From a virus: a stretch of 64,000 bases of DNA. The stretch spans positions 3,648-67,647 of IMG/VR virus record IMGVR_UViG_3300046694_000148; one strand, written 5' to 3'. Shown here piece by piece: positions 48,059 through 58,615 of the stretch. A program made the position numbers and the translations under genes. Each line of letters starts with the position of its first letter. Position 1 is the first letter of the stretch. Below the pieces are notes generated by a model, which did not search any database, was not told the origin of the DNA, and saw nothing but the letters and a program-made list of their open reading frames with translations.

Positions 48059-48435
48059 CTCGATGCCCGAGAATTTATCGAAATCGCTATAGCACCAAGT
48101 CGAAGCGGCGTTTTTGGGCCATTTTCCGGCCAGGATTTGCCCGGCCGCAACCGATGATCCCGAAAAGTGGGGTTTTCGTATTCTCTACCAGAACTTCTTT
48201 TTATATTTTTTTCTCGCTACACGTAGTCAGAATCAAGGAAATAGAGATCATAGAGATCAGAAAAGGGGTAAAAACGGTGTTTCCTTGTGGAAAATGCAAC
48301 CAATGATCCCGATAATCGGGGTTTTCAAGGTCGTCAGCGATTCAGAATTTTTTCTAAGCCGCGCCTGACCGTGGCCGATGGTCGCAATTTTCGGGATTTT
48401 CGGGTCGTTCCCGGTTTCGCGGGAATCTGCGAGCG

Positions 48436-48461
48436 AAAAAAACCCGCCACGAGGGCGGGTC
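48436..48461 (-). terminator. Intrinsic terminator of the primase gene
   Basis: Reverse complement of the 47496 hairpin, with a T7 tail. Confidence 0.85.
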
Positions 48462-48480
48462 AAACGGAGAAACGTGAAAA

Positions 48481-51048
48481 TCAGAGTTCGTCGTCATCAT
48501 CGGCGAGTTTTTTCGCCGCGTCGATGTATTTTCGCACTTTCGCATTGTCGATGGTGATGCTGCCGTCGCCGAACGTGGACTGGAACCGCTCGACATCGCG
48601 GGTGTAGTAGGTCCGGTAGTCGCTGCCGACGCGGATCTTACCCAGGCTCTCGAAACGGTGGCGGGACAGCATCGAACCGACCGCTTTATTCGCCGGAACG
48701 TCCAGGCCCCGGTCCATCAGCACTTCGGCCAGGCGGCCACTGTCCAGCAACTCGAACGAAATCAGCGGATCGGCCTGTTCCGAGATCAGGTCGTGCAGAT
48801 CTTGGATGAACTGCGGCTGCGCCTGGCGGATCATGTACTTCTTCGCGTCGGTGTTCGGCGCGTCGCCGTACGGCTTGAACGATTCATCCTGTTCCCACTC
48901 CAGCAGCCATTTCCGCAGAGCCGGTGCCGACGACGCGATGGTCCCGTACAGATCCTCGTAGTAGTCGGGGTTCTCGTCCTTGAATTCGTCGAGTTTGTCC
49001 TTCCGCTGCCACTGGCTGAACAGCACGCAGTATCGGCGGCCGTCGTCGTCCAGCGGCAGCGCGTCGCGGAAGTTCGAGAACAGCAGGTAGGACGTGGTGT
49101 TCACCGCGTTGTACTGCGACTTGCCTTTCGGGTGGACCTCGATCACGTCGTTCGTGATGTAGGGCTTGATCCGGTTCAGCAGTTCGTACTTGTTGTTCGC
49201 GTTGATGAGGCGGACTTCTTCGATACAGGTGAGGCACTGGCCGACAACCCAGTCGGTGAACGACGATTCGAGAATGTGGGCGTTGAGCATCTGGACGTTC
49301 GACACGCCCATGACCGACCGCATCAGGAAAGCGAAGAACGACTTGCCGTCACCCTCGACGCCTTGCAGCAGGATCGACCAGTTGACGTGACGGCCGGGGT
49401 TCTGCACTACCCACGACAGCCAGTCGAGCAGGATGCGGCGTTCTTCCGGCTTCACGAGCAGGTGGCGAATATGGTTCTTCACGCGCTTGATGGCCGCTTT
49501 ATCGCGGGGCAGCATCGCGTCCGGCAGTTCGGGGATCTCGTGCGCCGCATACGTGTTGGCGAAGATGCCGTCAGCGCGATAGAACACCGGATCGGCACCA
49601 GGCTCATACCGGCGACCGTTCACGACCTTGATCTTGTACTTGTTCAGCGCCAGGGTCGAGGCCGAGTTCGACGGCGAGGTCTTGCCGTCCAAGATGTCCT
49701 TCTTCGTCATTGCGTAGCGGTCGAACATCGCATCGAAGCCCTGCTTCGTGGTCGAGATATTGCGCGAGGTGTCGAAGAAGCGGTCGTCGCTCGTGTCGTA
49801 GACCCAGTTCTCGCACCAGCCTGGAATCTTTTCGCCCTTCGACGGCGCGTATGCGATGGCTTTCTTCACTTCCGACAGCGGCGTCTTCGATCCGCCGTTG
49901 ATGATGTCGAGGCGTTCCTTCGCCAGCGAGGCCAGCGCCGACCGCGTGAGGCCGTCGATCTCCGCTTCGCGTGCAGCATCGCGGGCCTTGTTCCAGGCCG
50001 CCAGGTCTTTCGCTTCGCTGAACTGGTCGCGCAGTTTCACCGCCAGCGCAGCAGCGCCTTCGGCCGCAGCCTCTTTCGACAGCTTCAGGATGAAGCGGGC
50101 CGTGATCGGTGCGCGCTTCTTGCCGTCGATACCGAAATCATCCCAGCGACGTTCGAGCGCATCGCGGTCGAAGTTGTCGGCCGTCTCGGACCACTCGGAC
50201 CACAGTTCAAGGCCATCCTCGCCGCCGTCGTACTGGTGATACAGGGCCATGCCGACCTGAACCCAGGTGTCGTAGTCGTCAGGGTTCGGCACCATCATCA
50301 GGCGCGAGCGCAATTCCGTCTCGCTGATGTCCACGGCCTGCGTGTCTTCGATGAACGGATCGTCCATGTCGATGTCGGCCAGGTTGCCGCTGCGCTGCTT
50401 CTTCACCACCTTCCAGTCGGATTCCTGTTCGGCGCGCTCGTGGAACCAGTCGATGAGTTCCTGACATTGCTCGACCGTGATGATCGTGAGTTCGTTCGCC
50501 GGGATGGTCAGCGGACCACCGGCCTCGATCACCTCGAAGTCTTTTCCGACCTTCTCGGACGGCCACATGTACGGCCTGCCGGTGTCGGGGTGAATGTGAT
50601 ACGCGACGAACTGCTGGCCGTCGCAAAGGATCTCGATCTGGTGCAGTTCGCCCCACTCGTCCTGATAGCGGTTCGAGCGCATTTTGCGGAACGGCGTTTC
50701 GGTGCGATAGACGAGCAGGCGCTTCGGCGGCATACCGATTCGCAGCGGTGCGTCACCGAAGATCTTGCGCGCTTTTTCTTCCGCTTCGAGTGCGACCTTT
50801 TCGTCACGAATGTCGAGGTCAACTGCGGGCGTACGCTTGGTCAGAATTCCGACGCCAGAATTGCGGTGCCCCGACTCGATCCATTCGGCGAGTTGCGGCT
50901 TGTTCGAGCGGGCCTTGCTCCAGTTGTCGAAGCCTGGCGCTTTCTTCCCGACCGCGATGGGCACGATCTCGTAAGCGTTGTCGATGAGACGTGATCCCAG
51001 GTAGGCCAGCGGCCCACTATTTTTGGACGTATATTCTTCGTTCTTCAT
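48481..51048 (-). CDS. Prim-Pol primase / PriCT-2 / SF3 helicase fusion
   Basis: VPI..GKKAP, GVGILT...AVDLD, YDTWVQVGMAL...W..WS (PriCT-2), Walker A GVEGDGKS, Walker B CIEE. Confidence 0.9.
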   Translation of the reverse strand: MKNEEYTSKNSGPLAYLGSRLIDNAYEIVPIAVGKKAPGFDNWSKARSNKPQLAEWIESGHRNSGVGILTKRTPAVDLDIRDEKVALEAEEKARKIFGDAPLRIGMPPKRLLVYRTETPFRKMRSNRYQDEWGELHQIEILCDGQQFVAYHIHPDTGRPYMWPSEKVGKDFEVIEAGGPLTIPANELTIITVEQCQELIDWFHERAEQESDWKVVKKQRSGNLADIDMDDPFIEDTQAVDISETELRSRLMMVPNPDDYDTWVQVGMALYHQYDGGEDGLELWSEWSETADNFDRDALERRWDDFGIDGKKRAPITARFILKLSKEAAAEGAAALAVKLRDQFSEAKDLAAWNKARDAAREAEIDGLTRSALASLAKERLDIINGGSKTPLSEVKKAIAYAPSKGEKIPGWCENWVYDTSDDRFFDTSRNISTTKQGFDAMFDRYAMTKKDILDGKTSPSNSASTLALNKYKIKVVNGRRYEPGADPVFYRADGIFANTYAAHEIPELPDAMLPRDKAAIKRVKNHIRHLLVKPEERRILLDWLSWVVQNPGRHVNWSILLQGVEGDGKSFFAFLMRSVMGVSNVQMLNAHILESSFTDWVVGQCLTCIEEVRLINANNKYELLNRIKPYITNDVIEVHPKGKSQYNAVNTTSYLLFSNFRDALPLDDDGRRYCVLFSQWQRKDKLDEFKDENPDYYEDLYGTIASSAPALRKWLLEWEQDESFKPYGDAPNTDAKKYMIRQAQPQFIQDLHDLISEQADPLISFELLDSGRLAEVLMDRGLDVPANKAVGSMLSRHRFESLGKIRVGSDYRTYYTRDVERFQSTFGDGSITIDNAKVRKYIDAAKKLADDDDEL

Positions 51049-51344
51049 TGGGTCAGTTCGTGAATTTCGAGCGGGAACATAAGCCACTCGCGTCGTACGA
51101 CGTTTCGACCGCAAACCTTCTCGATCTTCGACGCCATCGTCGGCGACAGCTTGCCTTCCCTGATTGATGCGTGTACCTGCGAGCGGTCGATCTTGCAGGC
51201 GTCAGCGAGTGCCGCGATGCTGCCGTTTGGCGTGCTGCTGATCGCGGCCTTCAATACAAGGTAACGCACGCGCCTGGATTCGAGCGTGCCGTCATCATTG
51301 TTAGCCTTCGGTCCTTCGACCCACGGCGGAAAAATTACTTGCAA
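51045..51344 (-). CDS. Cro/CI-like HTH regulator
   Basis: TTG start with AGGAGA RBS; SIAALADACKIDRSQVHASIREG.LS..MA.KIE. Confidence 0.7.
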   Translation of the reverse strand: MQVIFPPWVEGPKANNDDGTLESRRVRYLVLKAAISSTPNGSIAALADACKIDRSQVHASIREGKLSPTMASKIEKVCGRNVVRREWLMFPLEIHELTQ

Positions 51345-51466
51345 AATGAATCTCCTAGTATCCGTCAAAAACATGTGAGAATTATCCCACAGGTACTTGA
51401 CGCGGGGCAAGGCGGTATGAGAAGATTCAACTCATGCACTGACCAACAAACGACAGGGCGATACGA

Positions 51467-51856
51467 ATGAAGAACTACGACCTGATCGCGGATTTACAGG
51501 CGGCGGAATCGGTGGAATTCGATCCGCAGGCCGTGGCCGATTTGACGGTAAAGCAAATGCACGTACTTATGACGAAACTGCACATGTTGCGGTACGCCCT
51601 GAGAGGTGCAAGGCAGCGCGAAGTGATCGTGAATCTCGGCGAGTCGTTGCAAGACCTGATCCTCGAATTTCAACGGGGCGAAGTGACGGCAGCAATCACC
51701 GACGCGGATCGCACGACGCTTCTGACTGCCGACGTGGAATTAGCACGCTTCAGTGTCGCTTTAGTAGTCGCACAATCCGTCGATGCCAACGCAGCGTTCA
51801 CGCTGTTCGGTGAAGGTGGAAAAGGCATCGACCTGTCGAGTGTCCTGAAAGAGTAG
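51467..51856 (+). CDS. Hypothetical protein
   Basis: 129 aa, first gene of the rightward replication operon. Confidence 0.65.
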   Translation: MKNYDLIADLQAAESVEFDPQAVADLTVKQMHVLMTKLHMLRYALRGARQREVIVNLGESLQDLILEFQRGEVTAAITDADRTTLLTADVELARFSVALVVAQSVDANAAFTLFGEGGKGIDLSSVLKE

Positions 51857-51939
51857 TTTTGCAAAATGCGTTGTTCGATTTTGGCGGTAGAACAGCGCAC
51901 AATTTAACCGCCGATTTTTCTATTAACGGAGCTTCAAAA

Positions 51940-52323
51940 ATGCTGGAAAAACTGATTCAAGACCTGATCGCTGCCCTGAACGCCAACACCGCCGCACACA
52001 TGGGCAACGGTGGCGCTGCTTCGACCGACAAACCGGCCGCATCGACCGACAAGCCTGCCGGTGGCAAAGCCGCTGGTGGCAAAGCCGCCCCGAAGGCGAA
52101 GGAAGAACCGGCAGGCCCGACCGTCGAAGAAATGCAGGCTGCACTCGGCCAGGTGAAGGAGAAGTTCGGCGCGGCAGAAGCCAAAGCGATCATCAAGTCC
52201 TTCGGTAAAGTCGAGAAGATGGGCGAGATCCCGGCCGACAAGGTGAAGGCCGTGTTCGACGCCGCGACCGCGAAGCTGGCCCCGGCCGACACCACCGCCA
52301 CCGACGACGACGACGACATCTAA
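51940..52323 (+). CDS. Small replication-module protein preceding DUF2800
   Basis: LE..IQ.L.AAL..NT N-terminus, Ala/Lys/Pro linker, helical C-domain, ends DDDDDI. Confidence 0.8.
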   Translation: MLEKLIQDLIAALNANTAAHMGNGGAASTDKPAASTDKPAGGKAAGGKAAPKAKEEPAGPTVEEMQAALGQVKEKFGAAEAKAIIKSFGKVEKMGEIPADKVKAVFDAATAKLAPADTTATDDDDDI

Positions 52324-52329
52324 TCGTCC

Positions 52330-53622
52330 GTGACCGAGCACCGCATCAGCGTCGCGCAGATGCGTGACGCGATCAGGATGGTCGAGGAAGGCGGTCACTC
52401 CGTCTTCTCGCCATCCGGCTCGAAGATGTGGCTCGGTTGCGCGGGATCGCTGATCCCAAACCTGTTCGCGCCGGATGATTCTGGCGAGGACGCGGCCTAC
52501 GGAACCGTCGCCCACATGGTCGGCGAAACGTGGCTAACAGATGGGAAGCGTCCGAAGCACCTACTCGGCAAAACGTACTGGGTTGACGGCGAGGGCTTCG
52601 GGTTCTTCATCACCGTGGATGAGGTGATGATGGACTTCGTGAAACGGTATGTGGACTGGTGCAAGAACCTGCCAGGCGAGCATTTCGTTGAGACGCGCGT
52701 GGACTTCTCGCAGCTTACCCCGATCCCGAACCAGGGCGGCACCGCCGATCACTGCGCATGCACCTTTCAGCGCATGGTCATCACCGACCTGAAGATGGGC
52801 AAAGGGGTGCGGGTCTACGCGAAGGAAAATTCACAGGCATTGCTGTACGCCCTCGGATTCTTCTTCGCATGGGACTGGCTGTATGACTTCCGCGAGATCG
52901 TGATTCGGATCGCGCAGCCGCGCCTCGACGTGTTCGAGGAATGGGTCGTAGATCGAGAGTACCTGCTGGCGTTTGCAGAGTACGTGCGTGAACGCGCAGC
53001 GGCAGCATGGGTGCAGAACGCACCTCGCACGCCGAGCGCAGAATCGTGCCAGTGGTGCCGCGTCCAATCGACGTGCGCCGCGAAGGCGAAGGTGGTGCTG
53101 GATCTGACCGGGGGCGCGTTCGACGACCTCGAAAAGCCAGTCACCGAGGCAGACATGCTGTACTTCAAAGAGGTGCTGCATGACACCGATTCGCCGGACG
53201 TGTTGGCAGCGGCAACGCTGACGACGTATGAGTTAGAAAAGCTGTATGACTGGCGCGGCACGGTCGAGAAGTTCTTCAAGTCGGTGTGCGAAGAACTCGA
53301 ACGCCGGGCACGCCTCGGTGAGAAGCTGAAGCTGCAAAAACTCGTGGAAGGCCGCTCGTTCAGGGTGTTCCGCAACAAGGAAAAGGCCGTCGAAGCATTG
53401 GTCGGCCTGGGCCTCGAAAGGGGTGATCTCGTGAAAGAGGAAATGGCATCCCCGGCCGAGGTTGAGAGGTTGCTTACAGCAGCAGGCCACAAGCGCAAGG
53501 ACATTCCCGATCTGCTGAACGATCTGGTTTTCCGACCGCCTGGCAAAGCAACCCTGGCGTCCGTTCGTGACAGTAGGCCAGCATTGGCCGACAAGTACGA
53601 CGACGCTTTTAGCGACGTGTGA
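52330..53622 (+). CDS. DUF2800 Cas4-like PD-(D/E)xK exonuclease
   Basis: HS.FSPS...W..C.GS, GTVAH, GGTAD, DLKMGKG, N.Q.LLYALG, C.WC...C. Confidence 0.88.
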   Translation: MTEHRISVAQMRDAIRMVEEGGHSVFSPSGSKMWLGCAGSLIPNLFAPDDSGEDAAYGTVAHMVGETWLTDGKRPKHLLGKTYWVDGEGFGFFITVDEVMMDFVKRYVDWCKNLPGEHFVETRVDFSQLTPIPNQGGTADHCACTFQRMVITDLKMGKGVRVYAKENSQALLYALGFFFAWDWLYDFREIVIRIAQPRLDVFEEWVVDREYLLAFAEYVRERAAAAWVQNAPRTPSAESCQWCRVQSTCAAKAKVVLDLTGGAFDDLEKPVTEADMLYFKEVLHDTDSPDVLAAATLTTYELEKLYDWRGTVEKFFKSVCEELERRARLGEKLKLQKLVEGRSFRVFRNKEKAVEALVGLGLERGDLVKEEMASPAEVERLLTAAGHKRKDIPDLLNDLVFRPPGKATLASVRDSRPALADKYDDAFSDV

Positions 53623-53677
53623 CGAGTAGATCGTTAAACCGTTTTTATCGTGAAGTCCTTTTTTGGGAAAATCTGAA

Positions 53678-54319
53678 ATGAGTGCATTGGTTGTTAAAAA
53701 ACGCGGCAAGAACTTCGTGCTGTACGAGAACGGCATGATCCGTGTCGATAACGTCCGCTTCTCCTATCCCCACGTCGATAAGCCGTGGAAGAAAGAGAGC
53801 GACAAGGGCGTGGCAAAGTACGGCCTGGTCGGCCTGCTGCCGAAGGAGACGCACGAAGAAGCGAAGTCCGTGATTGCACAAGAAATCAAGCGCGTCCTGA
53901 CTGAAGCCAAACTCACCGTACCGACCGACAAGAAATTCTTGCGCGACGGTGACGCGAACGTCGATCCTGATGATCCCGACGCAGGCGAGAACTCTTACCG
54001 TGGTCACTGGTTCCTCAGTGCCCGCGAGACGAACCGCCCGACCTTGCGCGACAAGTCCGGCCGCAAGCTGGACCCGGTGGAAGACCTGCAAACCATCAAT
54101 GAGCTTTTCTATGGTGGCGCATGGGGCCACATGCTGATTCGTCCGTGGGTTCAGAACAACGAGCACGGCAAGCGCATCAATGCTGGCCTGGTCGGCGCGA
54201 TGTTCGCCAAAGACGACAAGGCGTTCGGCCAGGGTCGTGTCGATGACTCCGATGCGTGGGATGACCACGCTTCCGGTGACACTGGCGGCAGCAGCAACGA
54301 TGACGACGACGACCTGTAA
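53678..54319 (+). CDS. DUF2815 single-stranded DNA-binding protein
   Basis: VRFSYPH, LRDGD, FYGG.W, N..GKR.NAGL, D..FG, acidic tail. Confidence 0.88.
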   Translation: MSALVVKKRGKNFVLYENGMIRVDNVRFSYPHVDKPWKKESDKGVAKYGLVGLLPKETHEEAKSVIAQEIKRVLTEAKLTVPTDKKFLRDGDANVDPDDPDAGENSYRGHWFLSARETNRPTLRDKSGRKLDPVEDLQTINELFYGGAWGHMLIRPWVQNNEHGKRINAGLVGAMFAKDDKAFGQGRVDDSDAWDDHASGDTGGSSNDDDDDL

Positions 54320-54338
54320 CACCAACATGTAGCACCCG

Positions 54339-54376
54339 CGACGCCGCAGCCTCACAACCTGCGGCGTTGTTTCGTT
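54339..54376 (+). terminator. Hairpin/terminator after SSB
   Basis: cgacgccgcag...ctgcggcgttg plus tttcgtt. Confidence 0.6.
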
Positions 54377-54388
54377 CTGAAAGAGCAC

Positions 54389-56557
54389 ATGCCAATCTCC
54401 ACAAAAACATTCCTCGAAAAGCGGCCTGAAGCCGGGAGCGATACCGAGTGCTACCGCGATTACTGGAGCATCGGCTTCATCAATCTGGACACCGGCAAGA
54501 AGGTCATCATCGAAAAATACGATGGCCTCGAACTCGACCGCCCGAAGATCGCGCGCATCATGCGCAAGTTCCGCCTGTACACGTTCAACGGCATCGGCTA
54601 CGACATTCCGATGATCTGCCTGGCGATGGCCGGGGCCAGCAACGAACTGCTGAAGAAGGCCAGCGACGACATCATCGTCAACCGCCTGCGGCCGTACCAG
54701 TTCTTCGAGAAGTACGGCGTCGAGCCGCCCGAATGGCTGGACCACATCGACCTGTATGACGTAGCGCCAGGCGTCAAGCTGTCCCTGAAGAAGTACGGCG
54801 CACGCATGAACATGAAGCGCCTGCAAGAACTCCCCATCGACCCGAGCGAACCTGTCGGCGTGGCCCGCCGTCCGCTGATGCGCCGCTACCTCGGCAACGA
54901 TCTTGAGACGACCCGCGAACTGGCCCTGAACCTGCGCGAAGAGATCGACATTCGCAACGAGATCAGCGCGGAATACGGCATCGACGTGCGCTCGAAGTCC
55001 GACGCGCAGATCGCCGAAACGCTAATCAAGGCTGAGGTCGAGCGCGTCACCGGCCGCAAGGTCGAGAAGCCGGTGGTCACGACGTTCGAGTTCAAGTACG
55101 AGCCACCACCGTTCATCAAGTTCAATACCCCGCTGCTGCAAAACGTGCTGAAGGTCGTGACCTCGGTGCGCTTCAAAGTGAGCGGCGAGAAGGACCTGCC
55201 GGGCGCGAAGAAAAAGAACTACGGCGTGGTGCGCCTGCCGCAAGAGATCAGCGACATTAAGCTGCGCATCGGCTTCACCGACTACAAGATGGGCATCGGC
55301 GGCCTGCACTCGAAAGAGAAGCGCCGCTCGTTCCGCGCCGACGAAGACACGATCATCGAAGACCGCGACGTGCGCGCCTACTACCCGCGCCTGATGCTCG
55401 CGTGCGGTTACGTCCCGGCCGCGCTGGGCCAGAACTTCCTGGGCGTGTTCTCCAAGTTCGTCAACCTGCGCGACAGCTACAAGGAGAAGGCCGCCGCGCT
55501 GAAGAAGGCTGGCGAAATGGGCCAGTCGATCAAGTACAAGAAGCGTTCCGACTCCTTCAAGATTGTTAATAACGGCACCTACGGAAAGACCGGCTCACCG
55601 TACGCCGTCGTCTACGCGCCGAAGCTGATGATCTCCACCACGATCACCGGGCAGTTGTCGCTGCTGATGCTGATCGAGGAACTGGAAGCCAACAGGTTCG
55701 CGGTGATCTCGGCGAACACTGACGGTATCGTGACCGTGATCCCGCGCGACCGCTACTGGCTGTTCAACGCCATCGTGTTCGAGTGGGAATGTGCGACCTC
55801 GTTCCAGACGGAAGCCGTGCGCTACCTGGGCGTGTTCTCGCGCGACGTGAACAGCTACATGGCCCTGGTCGAAGACGCGAAGGTGCCGGGCAAGGTCGCT
55901 GAGGTGAAGCGCAAGGGCCTGTTCGCAAAGGCTGGCCTGCAAGCGAAGCACGATCCGACCTTCGACATTTGCTCGACCGCCGTGGTCGAATACCTGACGA
56001 ACGGCGCTGACATCGAAGACACGATCATGCGGTGCGACGACATCACGCAGTTCATCGGCGTCAAGCAGGTGGGCAACGTGAAAGTCGGCGACAAGATGGT
56101 CGGCGGCGGCTACGACTCGCATGGCAACTACCTCGGCAAAATGGTGCGCTGGTACTACGCCGAGGGTGAGCGCGGATTCATTGCGAAGGCCAACGGCTCG
56201 CGCGTCGCGGGCACTACTGGCGCTTCTCCGGTCATGGATCTGCCTGACGACTTCCCCGACGACATCGACTACGCCTGGTACGTGCGCGAGGCGTATGCGC
56301 GCCTGGACGACATCGGCCTCGACGTGCGCAACCCGCGCCTGAACGGTCGTCAGGGCTACAAGCTGGGCGTGCTGCCGAAGATGAAGACGGTCCACATCAT
56401 CGACCTGCAAAGCATGACGGCGCTGTGCGGCCGGGCCGAGAAGAACGTGCGCGAGCCGTGGGAAGAACTGAAGTTCTTGCCGGACGACATGCGCGTGTGC
56501 AAGACCTGCCGGGAAGAACGCGGCCTGCCTGAAGAGGAAGACGATGAGGACGAGTAA
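54389..56557 (+). CDS. DNA polymerase with family-B-type motifs, 3'-5' exonuclease and C-terminal zinc module
   Basis: Exo DTE and FNGIGYD; DVRAYYP, K...NGTYG, NTDG. Confidence 0.9.
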   Translation: MPISTKTFLEKRPEAGSDTECYRDYWSIGFINLDTGKKVIIEKYDGLELDRPKIARIMRKFRLYTFNGIGYDIPMICLAMAGASNELLKKASDDIIVNRLRPYQFFEKYGVEPPEWLDHIDLYDVAPGVKLSLKKYGARMNMKRLQELPIDPSEPVGVARRPLMRRYLGNDLETTRELALNLREEIDIRNEISAEYGIDVRSKSDAQIAETLIKAEVERVTGRKVEKPVVTTFEFKYEPPPFIKFNTPLLQNVLKVVTSVRFKVSGEKDLPGAKKKNYGVVRLPQEISDIKLRIGFTDYKMGIGGLHSKEKRRSFRADEDTIIEDRDVRAYYPRLMLACGYVPAALGQNFLGVFSKFVNLRDSYKEKAAALKKAGEMGQSIKYKKRSDSFKIVNNGTYGKTGSPYAVVYAPKLMISTTITGQLSLLMLIEELEANRFAVISANTDGIVTVIPRDRYWLFNAIVFEWECATSFQTEAVRYLGVFSRDVNSYMALVEDAKVPGKVAEVKRKGLFAKAGLQAKHDPTFDICSTAVVEYLTNGADIEDTIMRCDDITQFIGVKQVGNVKVGDKMVGGGYDSHGNYLGKMVRWYYAEGERGFIAKANGSRVAGTTGASPVMDLPDDFPDDIDYAWYVREAYARLDDIGLDVRNPRLNGRQGYKLGVLPKMKTVHIIDLQSMTALCGRAEKNVREPWEELKFLPDDMRVCKTCREERGLPEEEDDEDE

Positions 56558-56834
56558 GCCGCGCATCGAGAGCGACAACACCAGCGACGCGCACAAATAC
56601 GCCGAGCGCCGTGGCTGGTGGACGATCAAGGTCGATTCGCCGACCTGCAACGGCATCCCCGACCGCCTGTACCTGCGCCGTGGCCGGTACGTGTGGGTCG
56701 AGTGGAAGCGCCCTGGTCGCGGCGAGAACGGCCTGTCCGCGATTCAGGTAGTGCGCATCAAGGAAATGCGAGAGCACGGTGCAGAGGTGTACGTGCTCGA
56801 CGATATTGAAGAGTTCAAGGAGATCATGAAATGA
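56544..56834 (+). CDS. VRR-NUC domain nuclease
   Basis: IE, GIPDR, VEWKRPG...LS.IQ. Confidence 0.9.
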   Translation: MRTSKPRIESDNTSDAHKYAERRGWWTIKVDSPTCNGIPDRLYLRRGRYVWVEWKRPGRGENGLSAIQVVRIKEMREHGAEVYVLDDIEEFKEIMK

Positions 56835-58615
56835 TGCGCGAGTCGCACGCCCTGAAGGCGATTGTCGAAGGCATACGCGCGAAGTTCTACGACGTGGAAC
56901 TGACACGCGAGCAGTTGCACGAGTATCAGCGCATCGGCTACAACTTCCTGAAGGAGAATCCATTCTCCGCGCTGTTCATCGACATGGGCCTGGGCAAAAC
57001 GGTCACGTCGCTGACGCTGATCGCCGACCTGCTGGCCGAGTTCGCCGACGACAACAAGGTGCTGGTGATCGGGCCGCTGAAGGTGGCGACCCGTACCTGG
57101 CCGGACGAGATCAGGAAGTGGAAACACCTGGCGCATTTGAATCATTCGGTCATCCACGTCGATGAGGACGACCCGCGCATCAAAGAGGCGTACAAGGCCG
57201 CATATCGCTACGAGAAGGCGCACAGCAGCGAGCAGTTCCCATCGAAGCGCGAGAAGGAAGCCATTCAGCACGCGACCCGCGTGGCCGCACAGAAGCGCGA
57301 GGAACTGCGCATCGCCGCAACGCTCAATTCGGCCTCGGTCCACATGATTAGCCGCGACTGGATCGACTGGCTCGTCACGTACTACCGAGTAGCGAAGAAG
57401 CCCTGGCCGTATCGCACCATCATCATCGACGAATCGAGCGGCTTCAAGGACCACAACTCGGGGCGCTTCAAGGCGCTCCAGATGCTCGTCGATAACGGCA
57501 AGGTGGATCGCCTGCACCTGCTGACGGCGACGCCCGCCACCGAGGGCTACATGGGCCTCTTCCCGCAGATCTACCTGCTGGACCGTGGCAAGCGTCTCGG
57601 CCGCAACGTGACCTCCTACCGCGAACGCTATTTCACCGAGGACCGATACACCCGCAAATGGAAGCTGCGGCCCGACGCCGAAAAAGAGATCCTGGCGAAG
57701 ATCACCGACATCTGCCTGGTGATGAAGGAAGAGGATTATCTGCCGAAGGTGCCGCCGCTGTTCGTGAACCGCAACGTGTTCATGACGCCCGAGCAGCGCA
57801 CCCTGTACCTGACGATGGAAAAGGACATGGTAGTGACGCTCGACGACGGCACAGAGGTCCAGGCCGAGACGGCTGCGGCGCTGTCGGCGAAGCTGCTGCA
57901 AATGGCATCCGGCGTGCTGTACGACACGAAGCTGGAGCCAGGACAAACCGAGGAAGACGATCACGTCAAGATCACCAAGATCCACAAGATCCACGAGCAC
58001 AAGATCGAAGAGTTGAAGCAGATCGTGGAAGAGGCGCAGGGCAAGCCGATCCTCGTCGGCTATCACCACCGTTCGTCAAGGGATCGACTGCTGAAGGCTT
58101 TCCCGCAAGCGGTCAAGATGGACAAGGACGGCAAGAACATCAAGAAGTGGAACCAGGGGAAGATACCGATCCTGCTGATGCACCCGCAGTCGGGCGGGCA
58201 CGGCCTGAACCTGCAAGCCGGTGGTCACATCATCGTATTCTTCGACATACCGTGGTCGCTCGAACTCTACCTTCAGTTCATCGGTCGCCTGGCGCGCCAG
58301 GGCCAGAAGCACCGCGTCACGGTCTTCCTGCTGGTCTGCAAGGACACGCTCGACGAAACCGTGGTCAAGGCCCTGACGGCGAAAGAGGACGCGCAGGACC
58401 AGCTATTCAAGATCCTGAAACGCATGCGTCATCGCCTGCGGTCGCTGCTAAAGGGGCGCAAGATCAAGGCCGACGATCCCGAGTGGGACAAGGTGGTCGA
58501 TGTGCTGACCGGCTTCGCGGATCTCGACGACGACATGGTGTCGAAGGGTGTAACGATTGGCGATGGCCTGCGCGACGAAGAACTCGTGGCCGCCATCGAC
58601 GACGACGAACTTTGA
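56831..58615 (+). CDS. SNF2-like SF2 helicase
   Basis: LHEYQ, DMGLGKT, IIDES, TATP, GHGLNLQ, Q.IGRL.RQGQ. Confidence 0.92.
   Translation: MMRESHALKAIVEGIRAKFYDVELTREQLHEYQRIGYNFLKENPFSALFIDMGLGKTVTSLTLIADLLAEFADDNKVLVIGPLKVATRTWPDEIRKWKHLAHLNHSVIHVDEDDPRIKEAYKAAYRYEKAHSSEQFPSKREKEAIQHATRVAAQKREELRIAATLNSASVHMISRDWIDWLVTYYRVAKKPWPYRTIIIDESSGFKDHNSGRFKALQMLVDNGKVDRLHLLTATPATEGYMGLFPQIYLLDRGKRLGRNVTSYRERYFTEDRYTRKWKLRPDAEKEILAKITDICLVMKEEDYLPKVPPLFVNRNVFMTPEQRTLYLTMEKDMVVTLDDGTEVQAETAAALSAKLLQMASGVLYDTKLEPGQTEEDDHVKITKIHKIHEHKIEELKQIVEEAQGKPILVGYHHRSSRDRLLKAFPQAVKMDKDGKNIKKWNQGKIPILLMHPQSGGHGLNLQAGGHIIVFFDIPWSLELYLQFIGRLARQGQKHRVTVFLLVCKDTLDETVVKALTAKEDAQDQLFKILKRMRHRLRSLLKGRKIKADDPEWDKVVDVLTGFADLDDDMVSKGVTIGDGLRDEELVAAIDDDEL

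Noticed and set aside
52330-53622. Cas4-like nuclease suggesting CRISPR-Cas
   Set aside because: Standard DUF2800 in the DUF2800-DUF2815-Pol module; no repeat-spacer array or other cas genes seen.
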